Below are positions 28,942 to 41,603 of a stretch of DNA of 64,000 bases, one piece after another. Position numbers and translations under genes: made by a program. The notes beneath the pieces were generated by a model. The model did no database searches, had not been told where the DNA came from, and worked only from the letters and a program-made list of their open reading frames with translations. The stretch spans positions 14,067 to 78,066 of the forward strand of contig JAHFFY010000003.1 of NCBI GenBank assembly GCA_023247705.1, given 5' to 3'. How positions within the stretch are numbered: the stretch's first letter is position 1; every line of letters begins with the position of its first letter. This DNA is from Candidatus Omnitrophota bacterium. Lineage in GTDB: Bacteria > Omnitrophota > Gorgyraeia > Zapsychrales > JAHFFX01.

Positions 28942-29694
28942 TTATTTCAAAACAATCCCCACCGGACAATGATCCGATCCCATGACGTCTTTTAAAATAA
29001 AACTTTCCTTCAGGCGCGGGCGTAGCGATGAAGAAATGCCGAAGTAATCGATCCGCCATCCGATGTTCCGGGGACGGCATTGCCCCATCTGGCTCCACCA
29101 GGTATAATGGCCGCCACCTTGATTGAATTCTCGGAAAGTGTCGATGAACCCCGCGTTCACAATCCGATCGAAGCCGGCGCGTTCCTCGGGGGTAAAGCCG
29201 TGGTTCTTCACGTTCGCTTTCGGATAGGTCAAATCAATCTCCTGGTGCGCGACGTTCATGTCTCCGCAAAAGACGACCGGCTTTTTCTTTTCCAGATTCT
29301 TAATATATTTCAGAAAATCGACATCCCATTCCTGGCAGCGGTAAGGCAGACGGGACAGATCGCGCTTGGAATTCGGGACATACACATTCACGAGATAAAA
29401 ATCGTCAAACTCCAGCGTGATGACGCGGCCTTCGTCATCATGCTTTTCAATCTGAATGCCATGTCCGGTGCAAACCGATTTTATTTTCGTTAAAACAGCG
29501 GTCCCGGAATATCCGGCCCTTTTCGCGTGGTTCCAGTATTGAACATATCCGGGAACATTCATGCCCTCCGGAGGCTCGGAGGCCTTGGTCTCTTGCAAAC
29601 ACAAGACATCCGGCTTATATTTTTGAATAAATTCTAAAAAACCTTTTTTCAAAACCGCGCGGATGCCGTTCACGTTCCAGGAAATCAATTTCAT
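28942..29694 (-). CDS. xth: exodeoxyribonuclease III
   Basis: 250 aa. MKLISWNVNG…LCLQETK…DMNVAH…SDHCPV. Hallmarks of the ExoIII/APE1 EEP fold. Confidence 0.9.
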   Translation of the reverse strand: MKLISWNVNGIRAVLKKGFLEFIQKYKPDVLCLQETKASEPPEGMNVPGYVQYWNHAKRAGYSGTAVLTKIKSVCTGHGIQIEKHDDEGRVITLEFDDFYLVNVYVPNSKRDLSRLPYRCQEWDVDFLKYIKNLEKKKPVVFCGDMNVAHQEIDLTYPKANVKNHGFTPEERAGFDRIVNAGFIDTFREFNQGGGHYTWWSQMGQCRPRNIGWRIDYFGISSSLRPRLKESFILKDVMGSDHCPVGIVLK

Positions 29695-30353
29695 CTTTTA
29701 GCCTCTGCTTCATCATGTTCCAATTTCGTCGGGAAAAAATAAATCACCGGGATGATCCAGTAAATCATAATTGCGGCGGTCGTGCTCATAAACGACACGG
29801 CAATCGCCAACATATATAAGACCGGGCCGGCCCAAACCTTCAAAACGGATTTTCTTAAAATATCGGCCTCAATATGCGGCTTGACCAACCGCCCGATATC
29901 GACCGCATACCACTTCATCAAAAGAAAACTCATCGCGGTCAGCATCATGGCGACCCCGTAAAAAATCACCGCCACGTATTCGTGAGAATATTCGCCGAGC
30001 AAAGCGGTCGGGAAAGGGATAAAGGCCAGCAGCATGAGAAAAAGACTATTGCACCAAAAAAGCCCGCGGTCCGAACGCTGGATAATATGAAACAACTGGT
30101 GATGGTTGACCCAATAGATCGAAACATAAGCGAAACTCAGGATATAACTTAAAATCTTCGGCCCCAACTCAAGCAATGACTTCCACAATTCCGCCGACAA
30201 ATCCGCTCCTGGCGCAGCCAATGCATGCAAGGACGGCATCCTTACTTCCAGGATAAGCAGCGTGATCACAATGGCAAACACCCCATCGCTGAAGGCCTCC
30301 AGGCGGGTGGTGCCGAAATTACCCGAACGTAATACACCGTGGAATATTTTCAT
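29691..30353 (-). CDS. DUF1211 / TMEM175-like membrane protein (putative K+ channel family)
   Basis: 220 aa. N-terminal signature RLEAFSDGVFAIVITLLILE. Six predicted TM helices. Confidence 0.75.
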   Translation of the reverse strand: MKIFHGVLRSGNFGTTRLEAFSDGVFAIVITLLILEVRMPSLHALAAPGADLSAELWKSLLELGPKILSYILSFAYVSIYWVNHHQLFHIIQRSDRGLFWCNSLFLMLLAFIPFPTALLGEYSHEYVAVIFYGVAMMLTAMSFLLMKWYAVDIGRLVKPHIEADILRKSVLKVWAGPVLYMLAIAVSFMSTTAAIMIYWIIPVIYFFPTKLEHDEAEAKR

Positions 30354-30892
30354 TGTCCTTCCTTAATTAAAGATGACCATCGGTCGTATCTGGGAAAACA
30401 TCCCATCATACTTGCCAACGAAATTCCGCCCAGCCAATAAAAATCCTTGACCTCCCGGGTGAAAAAAAACAGGACAACGCCGAGGATCCCGGGGAGTTCA
30501 CAAAGCCCCAGAGATATAATGGTATATTGCAGCAAATTCAGACTTAACCGTGCACGTTGCAGCTGCGGGTCCGGGCAATGCATCGAGTTTTCCCGGGATA
30601 AAAATTTCGAACGCATCCAGGGGATCAACCCGATGATCGAAAAGGAAACTCCATAAAAAACCCATCTGATCATCTGGCCTTGAGACAAAGGATCAATCAT
30701 CGGCTTTAAATTTTTCATGCCGACGCTAAACACAATAATCCCGTAGATAAAAATACTGACAAACATATTGAACCAGATCATTAAGGCTAATTTGTAGCGC
30801 TGATTAAAATCTTGGGGGTTGTTAGATGGAGACATTGTTTCCAAAACCATAAAAATATTTGATAAAACCCGCGACATTCCGCAAAGATGCAA
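30350..30892 (-). CDS. hypothetical integral membrane protein
   Basis: 180 aa with 4 predicted TM helices and no recognisable motif. The start is probably at an internal Met. Confidence 0.45.
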   Translation of the reverse strand: MHLCGMSRVLSNIFMVLETMSPSNNPQDFNQRYKLALMIWFNMFVSIFIYGIIVFSVGMKNLKPMIDPLSQGQMIRWVFYGVSFSIIGLIPWMRSKFLSRENSMHCPDPQLQRARLSLNLLQYTIISLGLCELPGILGVVLFFFTREVKDFYWLGGISLASMMGCFPRYDRWSSLIKEGQ

Positions 30893-30955
30893 TAGTATAA
30901 CCTCTACCCTAATATTCTAGAAATTTTTTGTTAATATTGTTATCTGTTACGGCAA

Positions 30956-30984
30956 TTGACAATTACTCAATTCCATAATACAAT
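30956..30984 (+). promoter_or_regulatory. sigma70-like promoter TTGACA-17-TACAAT upstream of the S8 peptidase gene
   Basis: TTGACA 30956-30961, 17 nt spacer, TACAAT 30979-30984, in an AT-rich intergenic region. RBS AAAGGAG at 31070. Confidence 0.5.
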
Positions 30985-31090
30985 ATTATCTCAAGTTTGA
31001 AAATATTTTTCAAAGAGAGCTTTATTTTCAATCTAGGATACTATCTAAACTTTTTATTTTATTTTTAAAAGAAAGGAGCCGTCGCTCACC

Positions 31091-33385
31091 ATGAAACGCA
31101 CCATCATTGTTCTTACTCTTCTCTTATTTGTATTTGTTTTGTTCTCCAACAATCCTCTTTTCGCACAGATTTTCGAAAAAACACCTGTAACACTCGGCGG
31201 GCCACAATATGTTCCGGATGAAATCATCGTTAAATTTAAAGCCAATATTCCTGATAGCATCATCAATCAAATCAATGCCCAACTGGGAACATCTCTTTTG
31301 TCCACCGAAAACTTAGGCGGATTTAAAAGAATCAAAATCCCAGCGGCAAGTAACATCCTGGATGTGGTTCAACGTTATCAGCAAAATTTAAACGTCGAGT
31401 ACGCGGAACCTAATTACATGGCCTACGCCCACGCGGTTCCCAATGACCCTCTTTATGGTTATCAATGGAATTTTTCCAATCCGGTTTCCGGCAGCATCAA
31501 TGTGGAACCGGCCTGGAACCTTACGACCGGGGCCCCCGGAATCATTGTCGCCGTCGTAGACACCGGTGTCGCTTACGAAGACTTTACAATCATAGAAGCA
31601 GGAATGATCAAACGTTATTACAAAGCCCCTGACCTGGCACAGACCAAGTTTGTTGCCGGTTATGATTTTGTGAATAGTGATACACACCCCAACGACGATG
31701 TCGGGCATGGAACCCATGTCACCGGGACGATCGCCCAAAGCACCAACAATGCCTTGGGGACCGCGGGCATCGCTTATAACGTTTCAATCATGCCGGTTAA
31801 AGTTTTGGCCAAAAACGGTTCGGGTTCCTACGCGGATGTCGCCAACGGAATCATGTGGGCCGCCGATCACAACGCGAAAGTCATCAACCTGAGTCTCGGA
31901 GGCACTCAGGGATCGACGACGCTCCAAAACGCTTTAGCTTACGCTTACAATAAAGGGGTCACCATTGTTTGTTCTTCGGGAAACGACGGACAAGCAACGG
32001 TCAGTTATCCTGCCGCTTATGATCAATATTGCATCGCTGTCGGCGCAACGCGCTATGATGAAACCAAGGCGTATTACTCAAACTATGGTAGCAGCTTGGA
32101 CCTGATAGCCCCCGGCGGAGATCTGAATGTCGACCAGAATCACGATGGATACGGTGATGGGATTTTACAACAAACTTTTGGGAATACAACCAACGACTGG
32201 GGATACTGGTTCTATTCAGGAACATCCATGTCCGCGCCTCATGTTTCCGGGATCGCCGCCCTACTTTTGGCTTACGGAACCGCCCAAAACCCTCAAGATG
32301 TCAGAGACGCTTTGCAAAAAACAGCAAAGGATTTAGGAGCCACCGGATTCGATACTCAATACGGCTGGGGATTAGTCAACGCTTATGCAGCGTTAAATTA
32401 TCATGCAGTCGTCAATCAGCCGCCTACGGCTGTCGTCGGTGGACCTTATTCCGGAACAGAAGATATCGCAGTGACATTTAATGGATCCGGATCCTCAGAT
32501 CCTGATGGCAACGCATTGACTTATCTTTGGAATTTCGGGGATGGAAAATCAGGCAGCGGGATTCAACCGTCACACACTTATATGGCGGGAGGAACTTACA
32601 ACGTTAGTTTAATCGTCAATGACGGAACGGTGAATTCGCAATCTTCCACGACCACCGCGACGATCACCGAAGTCAACGACGCCCCGGTGGCGACCCCCGG
32701 CGGACCATATAATGGATCGGTCGGACAAGCGATTCAATTTGACGGAAGGGCCTCTCTTGATTCGGACGGAACGATCAGTGCCTTTGATTGGGATTTTGGT
32801 GACGGGAACACGGCCACCGGATCAACCGCGTCTCACAGTTATTCCCAAACAGGAACTTATACTGTTTCTCTAAAGGTCACAGATAATGGCGGGGCAACGA
32901 ACACCAAAACCACCACGGCGACCATTTCGGCCGTCTCAGAAGTGACCGTATTTACTGACAGTTTTGAAGTCAGCGAATGGAATGGCTTGTGGACAGAGGA
33001 TGCTCAAAACGACTGGGACAGATTAAACCAACGCGCCACCAACGGAAATTTTTCGGCCGAGGTCGATGGCATCGCGAACAATTCAACGTTAACCTCAATT
33101 GCCATCAACCTGCAAGGCAAAACCAATGCCCGCATCACCTTTTCCTGGTATATTGAAAGTTCCCTCGATAGCGGAGAATACATCGCCTTCCAAATTTCAA
33201 CCGATGGCGGAAGCACCTGGGTGGAAAAAGCGCGGATCAAAGGAAATGTCGATCCAGAAGACTCTTGGCAACCTGTCGACATCCAAGTCAATAATATCGC
33301 GAATCTCAAAATTCGATTCCGGGGAACCATGAATAGCAACATTGAAGACGCTGACGTCGACAATGTGAAAGTTGTCGCCTGGTAA
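31091..33385 (+). CDS. secreted S8-family subtilisin-like serine peptidase with PKD-like repeats and C-terminal beta domain
   Basis: 764 aa. Signal peptide. Catalytic triad motifs VAVVDTGV (Asp), HGTHVTGTIA (His), GTSMSAPHVSG (Ser). Two PKD-like repeats (…NFGDGKSGSG…, …DFGDGNTATG…). Confidence 0.9.
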   Translation: MKRTIIVLTLLLFVFVLFSNNPLFAQIFEKTPVTLGGPQYVPDEIIVKFKANIPDSIINQINAQLGTSLLSTENLGGFKRIKIPAASNILDVVQRYQQNLNVEYAEPNYMAYAHAVPNDPLYGYQWNFSNPVSGSINVEPAWNLTTGAPGIIVAVVDTGVAYEDFTIIEAGMIKRYYKAPDLAQTKFVAGYDFVNSDTHPNDDVGHGTHVTGTIAQSTNNALGTAGIAYNVSIMPVKVLAKNGSGSYADVANGIMWAADHNAKVINLSLGGTQGSTTLQNALAYAYNKGVTIVCSSGNDGQATVSYPAAYDQYCIAVGATRYDETKAYYSNYGSSLDLIAPGGDLNVDQNHDGYGDGILQQTFGNTTNDWGYWFYSGTSMSAPHVSGIAALLLAYGTAQNPQDVRDALQKTAKDLGATGFDTQYGWGLVNAYAALNYHAVVNQPPTAVVGGPYSGTEDIAVTFNGSGSSDPDGNALTYLWNFGDGKSGSGIQPSHTYMAGGTYNVSLIVNDGTVNSQSSTTTATITEVNDAPVATPGGPYNGSVGQAIQFDGRASLDSDGTISAFDWDFGDGNTATGSTASHSYSQTGTYTVSLKVTDNGGATNTKTTTATISAVSEVTVFTDSFEVSEWNGLWTEDAQNDWDRLNQRATNGNFSAEVDGIANNSTLTSIAINLQGKTNARITFSWYIESSLDSGEYIAFQISTDGGSTWVEKARIKGNVDPEDSWQPVDIQVNNIANLKIRFRGTMNSNIEDADVDNVKVVAW

Positions 33386-33408
33386 TCAAAAATCAATTTG
33401 TTGATTAA

Positions 33409-33448
33409 AATAAGAAACGGCTTGCATAAATGCAAGCCGTTTCTTATT
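33409..33448. terminator. bidirectional rho-independent terminator (18 bp perfect stem)
   Basis: AATAAGAAACGGCTTGCA-TAAA-TGCAAGCCGTTTCTTATT between the convergent S8 peptidase (+) and the small secreted protein gene (-). Confidence 0.85.
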
Positions 33449-33469
33449 GATACTTTAAGGAAATTCTGT

Positions 33470-33766
33470 TTACTTGTCTTTCTTTTCTAACGGGAACGTC
33501 GCCACATCGAACGCGCCAGAGATCGACTTTTTGACCATATAAGCCGTCCCTTTCATCACTCCACCCATTAAGCCAAACGGCTTAAAGTGAGCCCCCTTTA
33601 TTTCATCCATGGAATAATGACCAATCTCCAATGGGGATTTGATAATGTCCACGACACCTGATTTGGCTTTTTCGACAGGAGCGGGAAGGGCTAATAGCGG
33701 AGAACTTAAGAATAATACGAGACTTAAACCCATCACCAACGCAATCAACCTTTTCATCTTAATCAC
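33470..33766 (-). CDS. small secreted hypothetical protein
   Basis: 98 aa. Signal peptide MIKMKRLIALVMGLSLVLFLSSPLLA. Good RBS AAGGGGGTGATTAAG-ATG. Confidence 0.55.
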   Translation of the reverse strand: MIKMKRLIALVMGLSLVLFLSSPLLALPAPVEKAKSGVVDIIKSPLEIGHYSMDEIKGAHFKPFGLMGGVMKGTAYMVKKSISGAFDVATFPLEKKDK

Positions 33767-33940
33767 CCCCTTTAAGATAAAAGACCTCTAGCCAAAGTAT
33801 GACATAAGATAACGAGAATAACAAATCTTTGGTATCCCTCCAGTTACTGTTTTGCTTGGAGTATTCAGGCAAACAGGCGGAGCGTCGAGGGGGGGCCGCC
33901 AGGATGGGAATTCTGTAGAATCTATTTTTTCTTAAGAGGT

Positions 33941-34864
33941 CTAAAAGATATGTAACGTTAATCCGTGCTCTACCAACGCCTTAGGATCTTCTCTGTCTTT
34001 AAATAAGGCGGCCTGGGTCAAGGCTTTTTGGGCCAGCGGCTCCATCCCAAGTGCCCGGAAGGATAATCCCATATAATTAAACGCGTCCGGGTCATCCGGG
34101 ATGAAAGAAATGTATTCCTGAAGGAAGAAAATACTTTTTTTGTATTCTTTCAACTGATAGCTGGCGAGGGCTGAATAAAAATAGAACAAACGCTTTTTTT
34201 CTTCCCCATCGATGTGTTCCAGCGCATCTCGGCAAACGTAAAACATCTGAGGATATTTTTTCAGATAATAATAACTTAAAACCAATATGGTATAGCAGCT
34301 GTAATACCCCTTTTGCAGCCTTTGCACGACTTCGCTCTCCAGTTTTCCGGTGCGTTTTAAAATCGGCAAATAAGTTTTTGATTGATGAATAAAATGAAGA
34401 TTATATTCCCAATCAGTCTCCAGCGCCGCCAGCACATTTTTGATGGCCTCTTCATAAAGTCCTTTTTTGAAATAAATCAACCCCAGGTTATAATGGAACG
34501 CGAAATAATTCGGATTGATTTGAATGGCTCTCTTATAAGCCTTGATCGCCAGTTTCTCATGACCCAAGTGATAATGACAAAACCCCATCATCCCCTGGAT
34601 GTCCGGCCACTGGAGCGAATCGAGCAACCGTTCGTAATAATATTCATACTCCTCGAGTTTAACGCGATCAAACGGCTCCTGCCCTTCGATATAAGCGACC
34701 AAATAATCATAAGTTGGCATCAGTCGGCTTAAGGTCGTCGCTTTCGCGTGCGCCGTCATCTTCTTCCAATCAACAATAAAATAAATCAGAAAAAAGACAA
34801 CAAGATACAAAACAAAGAGTCTTTTATATATGATCTTAAGAACTTCACGCAATCGGGAAAACAT
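33941..34864 (-). CDS. TPR-repeat membrane-anchored protein
   Basis: 307 aa. N-terminal TM helix followed by multiple TPR-like units (…AIKAYKRAIQINPNYFAFHYNLGLIYFKKGLYEEAI…). Confidence 0.6.
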   Translation of the reverse strand: MFSRLREVLKIIYKRLFVLYLVVFFLIYFIVDWKKMTAHAKATTLSRLMPTYDYLVAYIEGQEPFDRVKLEEYEYYYERLLDSLQWPDIQGMMGFCHYHLGHEKLAIKAYKRAIQINPNYFAFHYNLGLIYFKKGLYEEAIKNVLAALETDWEYNLHFIHQSKTYLPILKRTGKLESEVVQRLQKGYYSCYTILVLSYYYLKKYPQMFYVCRDALEHIDGEEKKRLFYFYSALASYQLKEYKKSIFFLQEYISFIPDDPDAFNYMGLSFRALGMEPLAQKALTQAALFKDREDPKALVEHGLTLHIF

Positions 34865-37143
34865 TATTGAACTGGTCCTCTGCTCTGAACTAAATTTAAT
34901 GTTCGTTGTTCAAAATTTCTCTGGAAGTACAAAAAAAATGTCGCCAAAACAACGTTGAAAAAACCGATAAAGAAAATATTCAATACGGTCCGCTGCGCTG
35001 TCCCGTAGTGCATAAAGATGACATGCTCCCCGGCCGGAATCCACAGCCCCTTAAACGCGATATTGGCCCGCCATATTTTCACTTTCTGTCCGTCAATAAA
35101 GGCCTCCCAGCCGCTGTGAAAGCTATCGTTGTAAACTAAAAATTTTCTTGCCGAAAAACGGGTCTTAATCTTTATCGTGTTGACGTCAAAATTGACAATC
35201 TCTAACTCGGAGGAATCTTGTGTAATGATTTCAGCCGGAGGTAAATTGTCGGAGAGGGATCTCTTTCCTATGCCAAGAAGTCCCTGGTTCCCCGATAGAA
35301 TCGCGGCGGATTCTTCCTGGCCTTCGTTATAATCAAACGGAACGTAAGCGCTGTTTCGCATATGAATAAAGTCTTGTTCCAGCTGATCGAAATTAATCTT
35401 GTCGTCCTTAACTCTCTGGACCTGGTCATACACTATGAATTTAAGAGATCCATACAGATTAAAAATCTGCAGATGAAGATGTTCGCGCAGGAAATTCAGC
35501 CAATACGTCGACATATAAATGCCCAAATTGCGCCTCTCTTCGATCTCGGAAAGGTCTTGCGCTTGAAAAATTTTTTGTTGTTTGAGGATCGCTTCTTTGT
35601 CTTGTTGTGATGGTAACGACACGTTGGGAGCGAACGGTTGATAAACGTAAGGCCTCGCGTATTTCATCGAATTTCTGGCCAAATATGAATAAGCCTCCAT
35701 CGGTTCCAGACAAACGAGAAGAAAAAGAAAGACGGGGATAGACACCGAAGTGATTTTGATCCATCCCCGGAGCCAGCTCAACCAAAATAAAAAACTTAAT
35801 ACCAAAACGGAATAGGAAGACACTGCCCTGAAACCCTTTTGATAAAGAAAATATATCAATCCCAGATGCACGATCCCGACAAAAACGAGAAGCAAATTTC
35901 TTTTCTTATGATTGTCGATCTGGATAGCCAAAAACTGCCGGTATTGTTCAACGATGAACAATATAAAAATTGGTAATAAAATGAGCCAGAGATAAAAATG
36001 CAGATTCCGGAAATATTTGAAATAAAAAACATGGTTATAAAAAAAATTGTAAAACTGATTGGCGTACGGTGATCCCATCGCAAAAATACCCAACCCCCAA
36101 ATCAACAGCAGCAAAACCCTTCGATTGATGAACGTAACAATGCCCTGGCATAAGAGGATATAGGCAAAAAGCGGCACATAAAAGACCGCAAACCGGAATT
36201 TTTTAAGATCTTGCAAGAAGTAATTCGAGAACAGGAGATCTTCGATAATTCCCCATTCGGTGATATTGTCTTTCTTGACCATGACTACGTTTTGCGCATT
36301 ACCGGAAACAAAATCCTTTAACGGCGACTCGCCATGCCTGACCGGAAAGACGATCTCTCCTTTCTGTCCTTCCATAAAAAACAAAATCCCGGGGACGAAA
36401 GCAACAACAACCGCGAAAAGGCAAAACAGCGCCAACCATTTCTTTTGTTTAAGAAAATTTACGGCCCGCGAGACAATTTCTTTCAAGGATGAGAAATAAA
36501 TGACGGCAAAACAGATCAGGAAAGAAAATACGATCGTTAAAAAATAAAATGGAATATACGTCGTAAAAATAATCATCAATGTTAACGTGAGACCCACCCA
36601 ATAGTGTTCGCGAGGTTCCCGGGCAAACGCGACGAGGAAATAAAAGAACCAAACCATCGGAACGAACGTCAGAATGATATAAGAATCGAACAGCCTCGTT
36701 CCCAGGGAAGAGAATAAAAGCAGGACAAAAGCCAAAAAGGCCTGCTGGCGATCCTGAAAGATCTGTTTGGCCAAAAGATAAAAGCCGATCAACCCCAAAA
36801 AATAATATCCGGCGAGAAAAAACTGATAGGCAAGTGTATAAGGAATACCTATTTTGACTAACAACGCAAGCACCAGGATAAACGGATTAAACGACCCGAT
36901 CCGGCGCAGGAAAAATTCAACCGGCACCCCCCATTGCCGTTCCGGGTCCCAGGACGGATATACGCCGCGAATGATATTGTCGATATAAAATTTAAAATGC
37001 TGGACATAAGCCATGGCGTCGGAGGAAAGAGCCAATTGATTGGATAAAAACCCGCGGAAGGCGATACACCAGAAAACAAAGGAAAGAATAAATGGAATCA
37101 GCAGAGGATGGACAGCATTGATTTTCTTAATCAAATTGATCAT
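34864..37143 (-). CDS. YfhO-family polytopic membrane protein, second paralog
   Basis: 759 aa. Many TM helices. C-terminal …FIDGQKVKIWRANIAFKGLWIPAGEHVIFMHYG… matches the YfhO C-terminal region, as in 6551-9010. Confidence 0.65.
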   Translation of the reverse strand: MINLIKKINAVHPLLIPFILSFVFWCIAFRGFLSNQLALSSDAMAYVQHFKFYIDNIIRGVYPSWDPERQWGVPVEFFLRRIGSFNPFILVLALLVKIGIPYTLAYQFFLAGYYFLGLIGFYLLAKQIFQDRQQAFLAFVLLLFSSLGTRLFDSYIILTFVPMVWFFYFLVAFAREPREHYWVGLTLTLMIIFTTYIPFYFLTIVFSFLICFAVIYFSSLKEIVSRAVNFLKQKKWLALFCLFAVVVAFVPGILFFMEGQKGEIVFPVRHGESPLKDFVSGNAQNVVMVKKDNITEWGIIEDLLFSNYFLQDLKKFRFAVFYVPLFAYILLCQGIVTFINRRVLLLLIWGLGIFAMGSPYANQFYNFFYNHVFYFKYFRNLHFYLWLILLPIFILFIVEQYRQFLAIQIDNHKKRNLLLVFVGIVHLGLIYFLYQKGFRAVSSYSVLVLSFLFWLSWLRGWIKITSVSIPVFLFLLVCLEPMEAYSYLARNSMKYARPYVYQPFAPNVSLPSQQDKEAILKQQKIFQAQDLSEIEERRNLGIYMSTYWLNFLREHLHLQIFNLYGSLKFIVYDQVQRVKDDKINFDQLEQDFIHMRNSAYVPFDYNEGQEESAAILSGNQGLLGIGKRSLSDNLPPAEIITQDSSELEIVNFDVNTIKIKTRFSARKFLVYNDSFHSGWEAFIDGQKVKIWRANIAFKGLWIPAGEHVIFMHYGTAQRTVLNIFFIGFFNVVLATFFLYFQRNFEQRTLNLVQSRGPVQ

Positions 37144-37181
37144 TTCTCTAAAGGAATAAATTAAGTATTATTTCAGGACCG

Positions 37182-37892
37182 TTATCCTAAATCAAACAAA
37201 AGGATCTCTGCGCTTTTGGACGCGACGATCTCAAGATTCTTTTCATCGCTGAGTGCCGCGCCGTCACCGGATTTGAGGACTACACCGTTTATTTCCAGCG
37301 TCCCTTTGGTTGATTGGACCCAGGCAAAACGTTTTGATCGTAGCGTATACTTTAATGATTGTCCAGAATTTAAGAGAGAAAAAAACAAATCCACGTCCTG
37401 ACGGATCGTCAAACTTCCTTCCCGCCCGTCTTGAGAAGCGACAAGGCACAAACGGTTCTTGCGCTGGGATTCGCTGAATTTCGCTTGCTGATAAGTTGGC
37501 TTAAATCCTTGAGCTTTAGGAACGATCCAAATTTGTAAAAAATGGACCGGCTCGGTTTGAGAATGATTATATTCGCTGTGCGTAACACCCGAACCAGCGC
37601 TCATCAGCTGGACTTCTCCCGGAGTAATCACGGATCCGTTGCCCATACTGTCCTGGTGCGCTAAACTGCCTTCCAGCACATACGTGATAATTTCCATATC
37701 GTGATGCGGATGTTTTCCAAAACCCCCTCCGGGCGCCACTCGGTCATCATTGATGACCCGCAGCGCTCTAAAGCCCATGTGATCCGGATCATGATAATCG
37801 GTAAATGAAAACGTATGATAACTTTCTAACCATTCTATTTTTGTCTTCCCGCGTTCAATTGATTTTCTTAACTTGATCATCAGGGACCTCAC
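37182..37892 (-). CDS. pirin-family protein
   Basis: 236 aa. N-terminal cupin with metal site HPHHDMEIITYVLEG…H…E. Bicupin length typical of the bacterial pirin/YhhW family. Confidence 0.85.
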   Translation of the reverse strand: MRSLMIKLRKSIERGKTKIEWLESYHTFSFTDYHDPDHMGFRALRVINDDRVAPGGGFGKHPHHDMEIITYVLEGSLAHQDSMGNGSVITPGEVQLMSAGSGVTHSEYNHSQTEPVHFLQIWIVPKAQGFKPTYQQAKFSESQRKNRLCLVASQDGREGSLTIRQDVDLFFSLLNSGQSLKYTLRSKRFAWVQSTKGTLEINGVVLKSGDGAALSDEKNLEIVASKSAEILLFDLG

Positions 37893-37901
37893 ATTTCGGA
37901 T

Positions 37902-40205
<2,304 letters not shown>

Positions 40206-40228
40206 TTAAAAAATTGATTGTTCGCGGT

Positions 40229-40891
40229 CTATTGCTGCGCAGCAGACGAGCTTCCCGGATTAAACTGACGTTCCAGTTCCTTTTTAACCGATTCATAGCC
40301 GACAAACATTTTTTCGTTGATAAAACAGGTCGGTGTCGCCTGGATAAATTTAGATTCTCCGTACGCTTTATCGGCATCGACAAACGCGCGCGCTTCATCG
40401 CCCTGCACGCAGGTCTCCAGTAAAGACAAATCCAATCCCGCTTCCTGGGCCATCTGCCGATACGTCGGAATCGGATCCGCTAATGTCCGCCATTGCGCTT
40501 GCCGTCCCATGAGCAGTCCGGTGAATTCCCAGAATTTATTCTGCTCGGCCGAACACTCCGCGTAAACAGCGCTCTCGAGAGAATGGGAATGACTCAGTGG
40601 GAAATATTTCACTTCAAAATAGATGTCAGCGGCGTGCGCTTCGATCAATTGATGGATAAACGCAAACAGTTTGGCGCATTCCGGGCATTGAAAATCCAAA
40701 AATTCGATGATGTGAACCCGCGCGTTAGGGCTTCCTTGGGTACGGGCATCGGAATTTTTGTTGGCCCCTTGGTTGTAACGTTGCAACGCATCAAAAATCA
40801 GAATCCCGGCAACACAGATGACCACAATCACGGCCGAGACCCATCCTTTAGAGATATGAACGCGTTTTCGTTTTAATTTTGCTTGTCCCAT
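40229..40891 (-). CDS. DsbA-like thiol-disulfide oxidoreductase (CPEC active site), membrane anchored
   Basis: 220 aa. N-terminal TM. FLDFQCPECAKLF thioredoxin-fold CxxC motif. Confidence 0.75.
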   Translation of the reverse strand: MGQAKLKRKRVHISKGWVSAVIVVICVAGILIFDALQRYNQGANKNSDARTQGSPNARVHIIEFLDFQCPECAKLFAFIHQLIEAHAADIYFEVKYFPLSHSHSLESAVYAECSAEQNKFWEFTGLLMGRQAQWRTLADPIPTYRQMAQEAGLDLSLLETCVQGDEARAFVDADKAYGESKFIQATPTCFINEKMFVGYESVKKELERQFNPGSSSAAQQ

Positions 40892-40970
40892 TCTAAGATC
40901 TCCTTATTGATCGAACCCAATTCAACATTTTTTTCTTCAACTAACGCTCACAAGATCACCCGATCATTAC

Positions 40971-41603
40971 CTAATTCGCGAAAGCCAAAACTTCCCAATT
41001 GATCGTAATATGCTCGCTGACAATGATCCCTCCGTGATCCAAAATTTTATTCCAGATGATCTTGAAATCTTTTCGGTTCATAATCCAAGTCCCTTGAGCG
41101 CGGATGACATCCTTGCCCTGGTCATCCTTGAGCGGCACCGTTGCATCGAAAGGAAAAGATATCTCCTGCTCCACGCCGTGGATCTTCAATAAACCTTTGG
41201 CCAGATAAGCGTTATTCTTTTTGATAATATCTTTACTCTTGAAAGTGATGTCCGGATATTCGGCGACATCTAATAAATATCTCGACCGGACGATCCGGTC
41301 GAGCTTGGGGTATCTTGATTTCACGCTAACCGTGTTGATGTTCAACGCGACGGAAGAGATCATCCCCTTTTGGGGGTCGAACAAAAGACTGCCTTCGAAA
41401 TCCTGAAAATCCGCCTTGTACTGGCCGATCACCGTGTAACGGATGGCCCCGTGGATCGCGGAAGATTTAGCATCAAAATGATACGGATGTGCAGCGAGCG
41501 CTTGGTTAATCAAGACCAAACAAAAAATAAGATTGAAAACAATCAGAGCGCTGATTCTCTGATTCAAATTAAAATTGTTTTTACTATTTGAACACTTTAT
41601 CAA
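40971..41603 (-). CDS. YceI-family periplasmic protein
   Basis: 210 aa. Signal peptide. …YPDITFKSKDI…YLAKGLLKIHGVEQEISF… matches the YceI-like domain. Confidence 0.75.
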   Translation of the reverse strand: MIKCSNSKNNFNLNQRISALIVFNLIFCLVLINQALAAHPYHFDAKSSAIHGAIRYTVIGQYKADFQDFEGSLLFDPQKGMISSVALNINTVSVKSRYPKLDRIVRSRYLLDVAEYPDITFKSKDIIKKNNAYLAKGLLKIHGVEQEISFPFDATVPLKDDQGKDVIRAQGTWIMNRKDFKIIWNKILDHGGIIVSEHITINWEVLAFAN

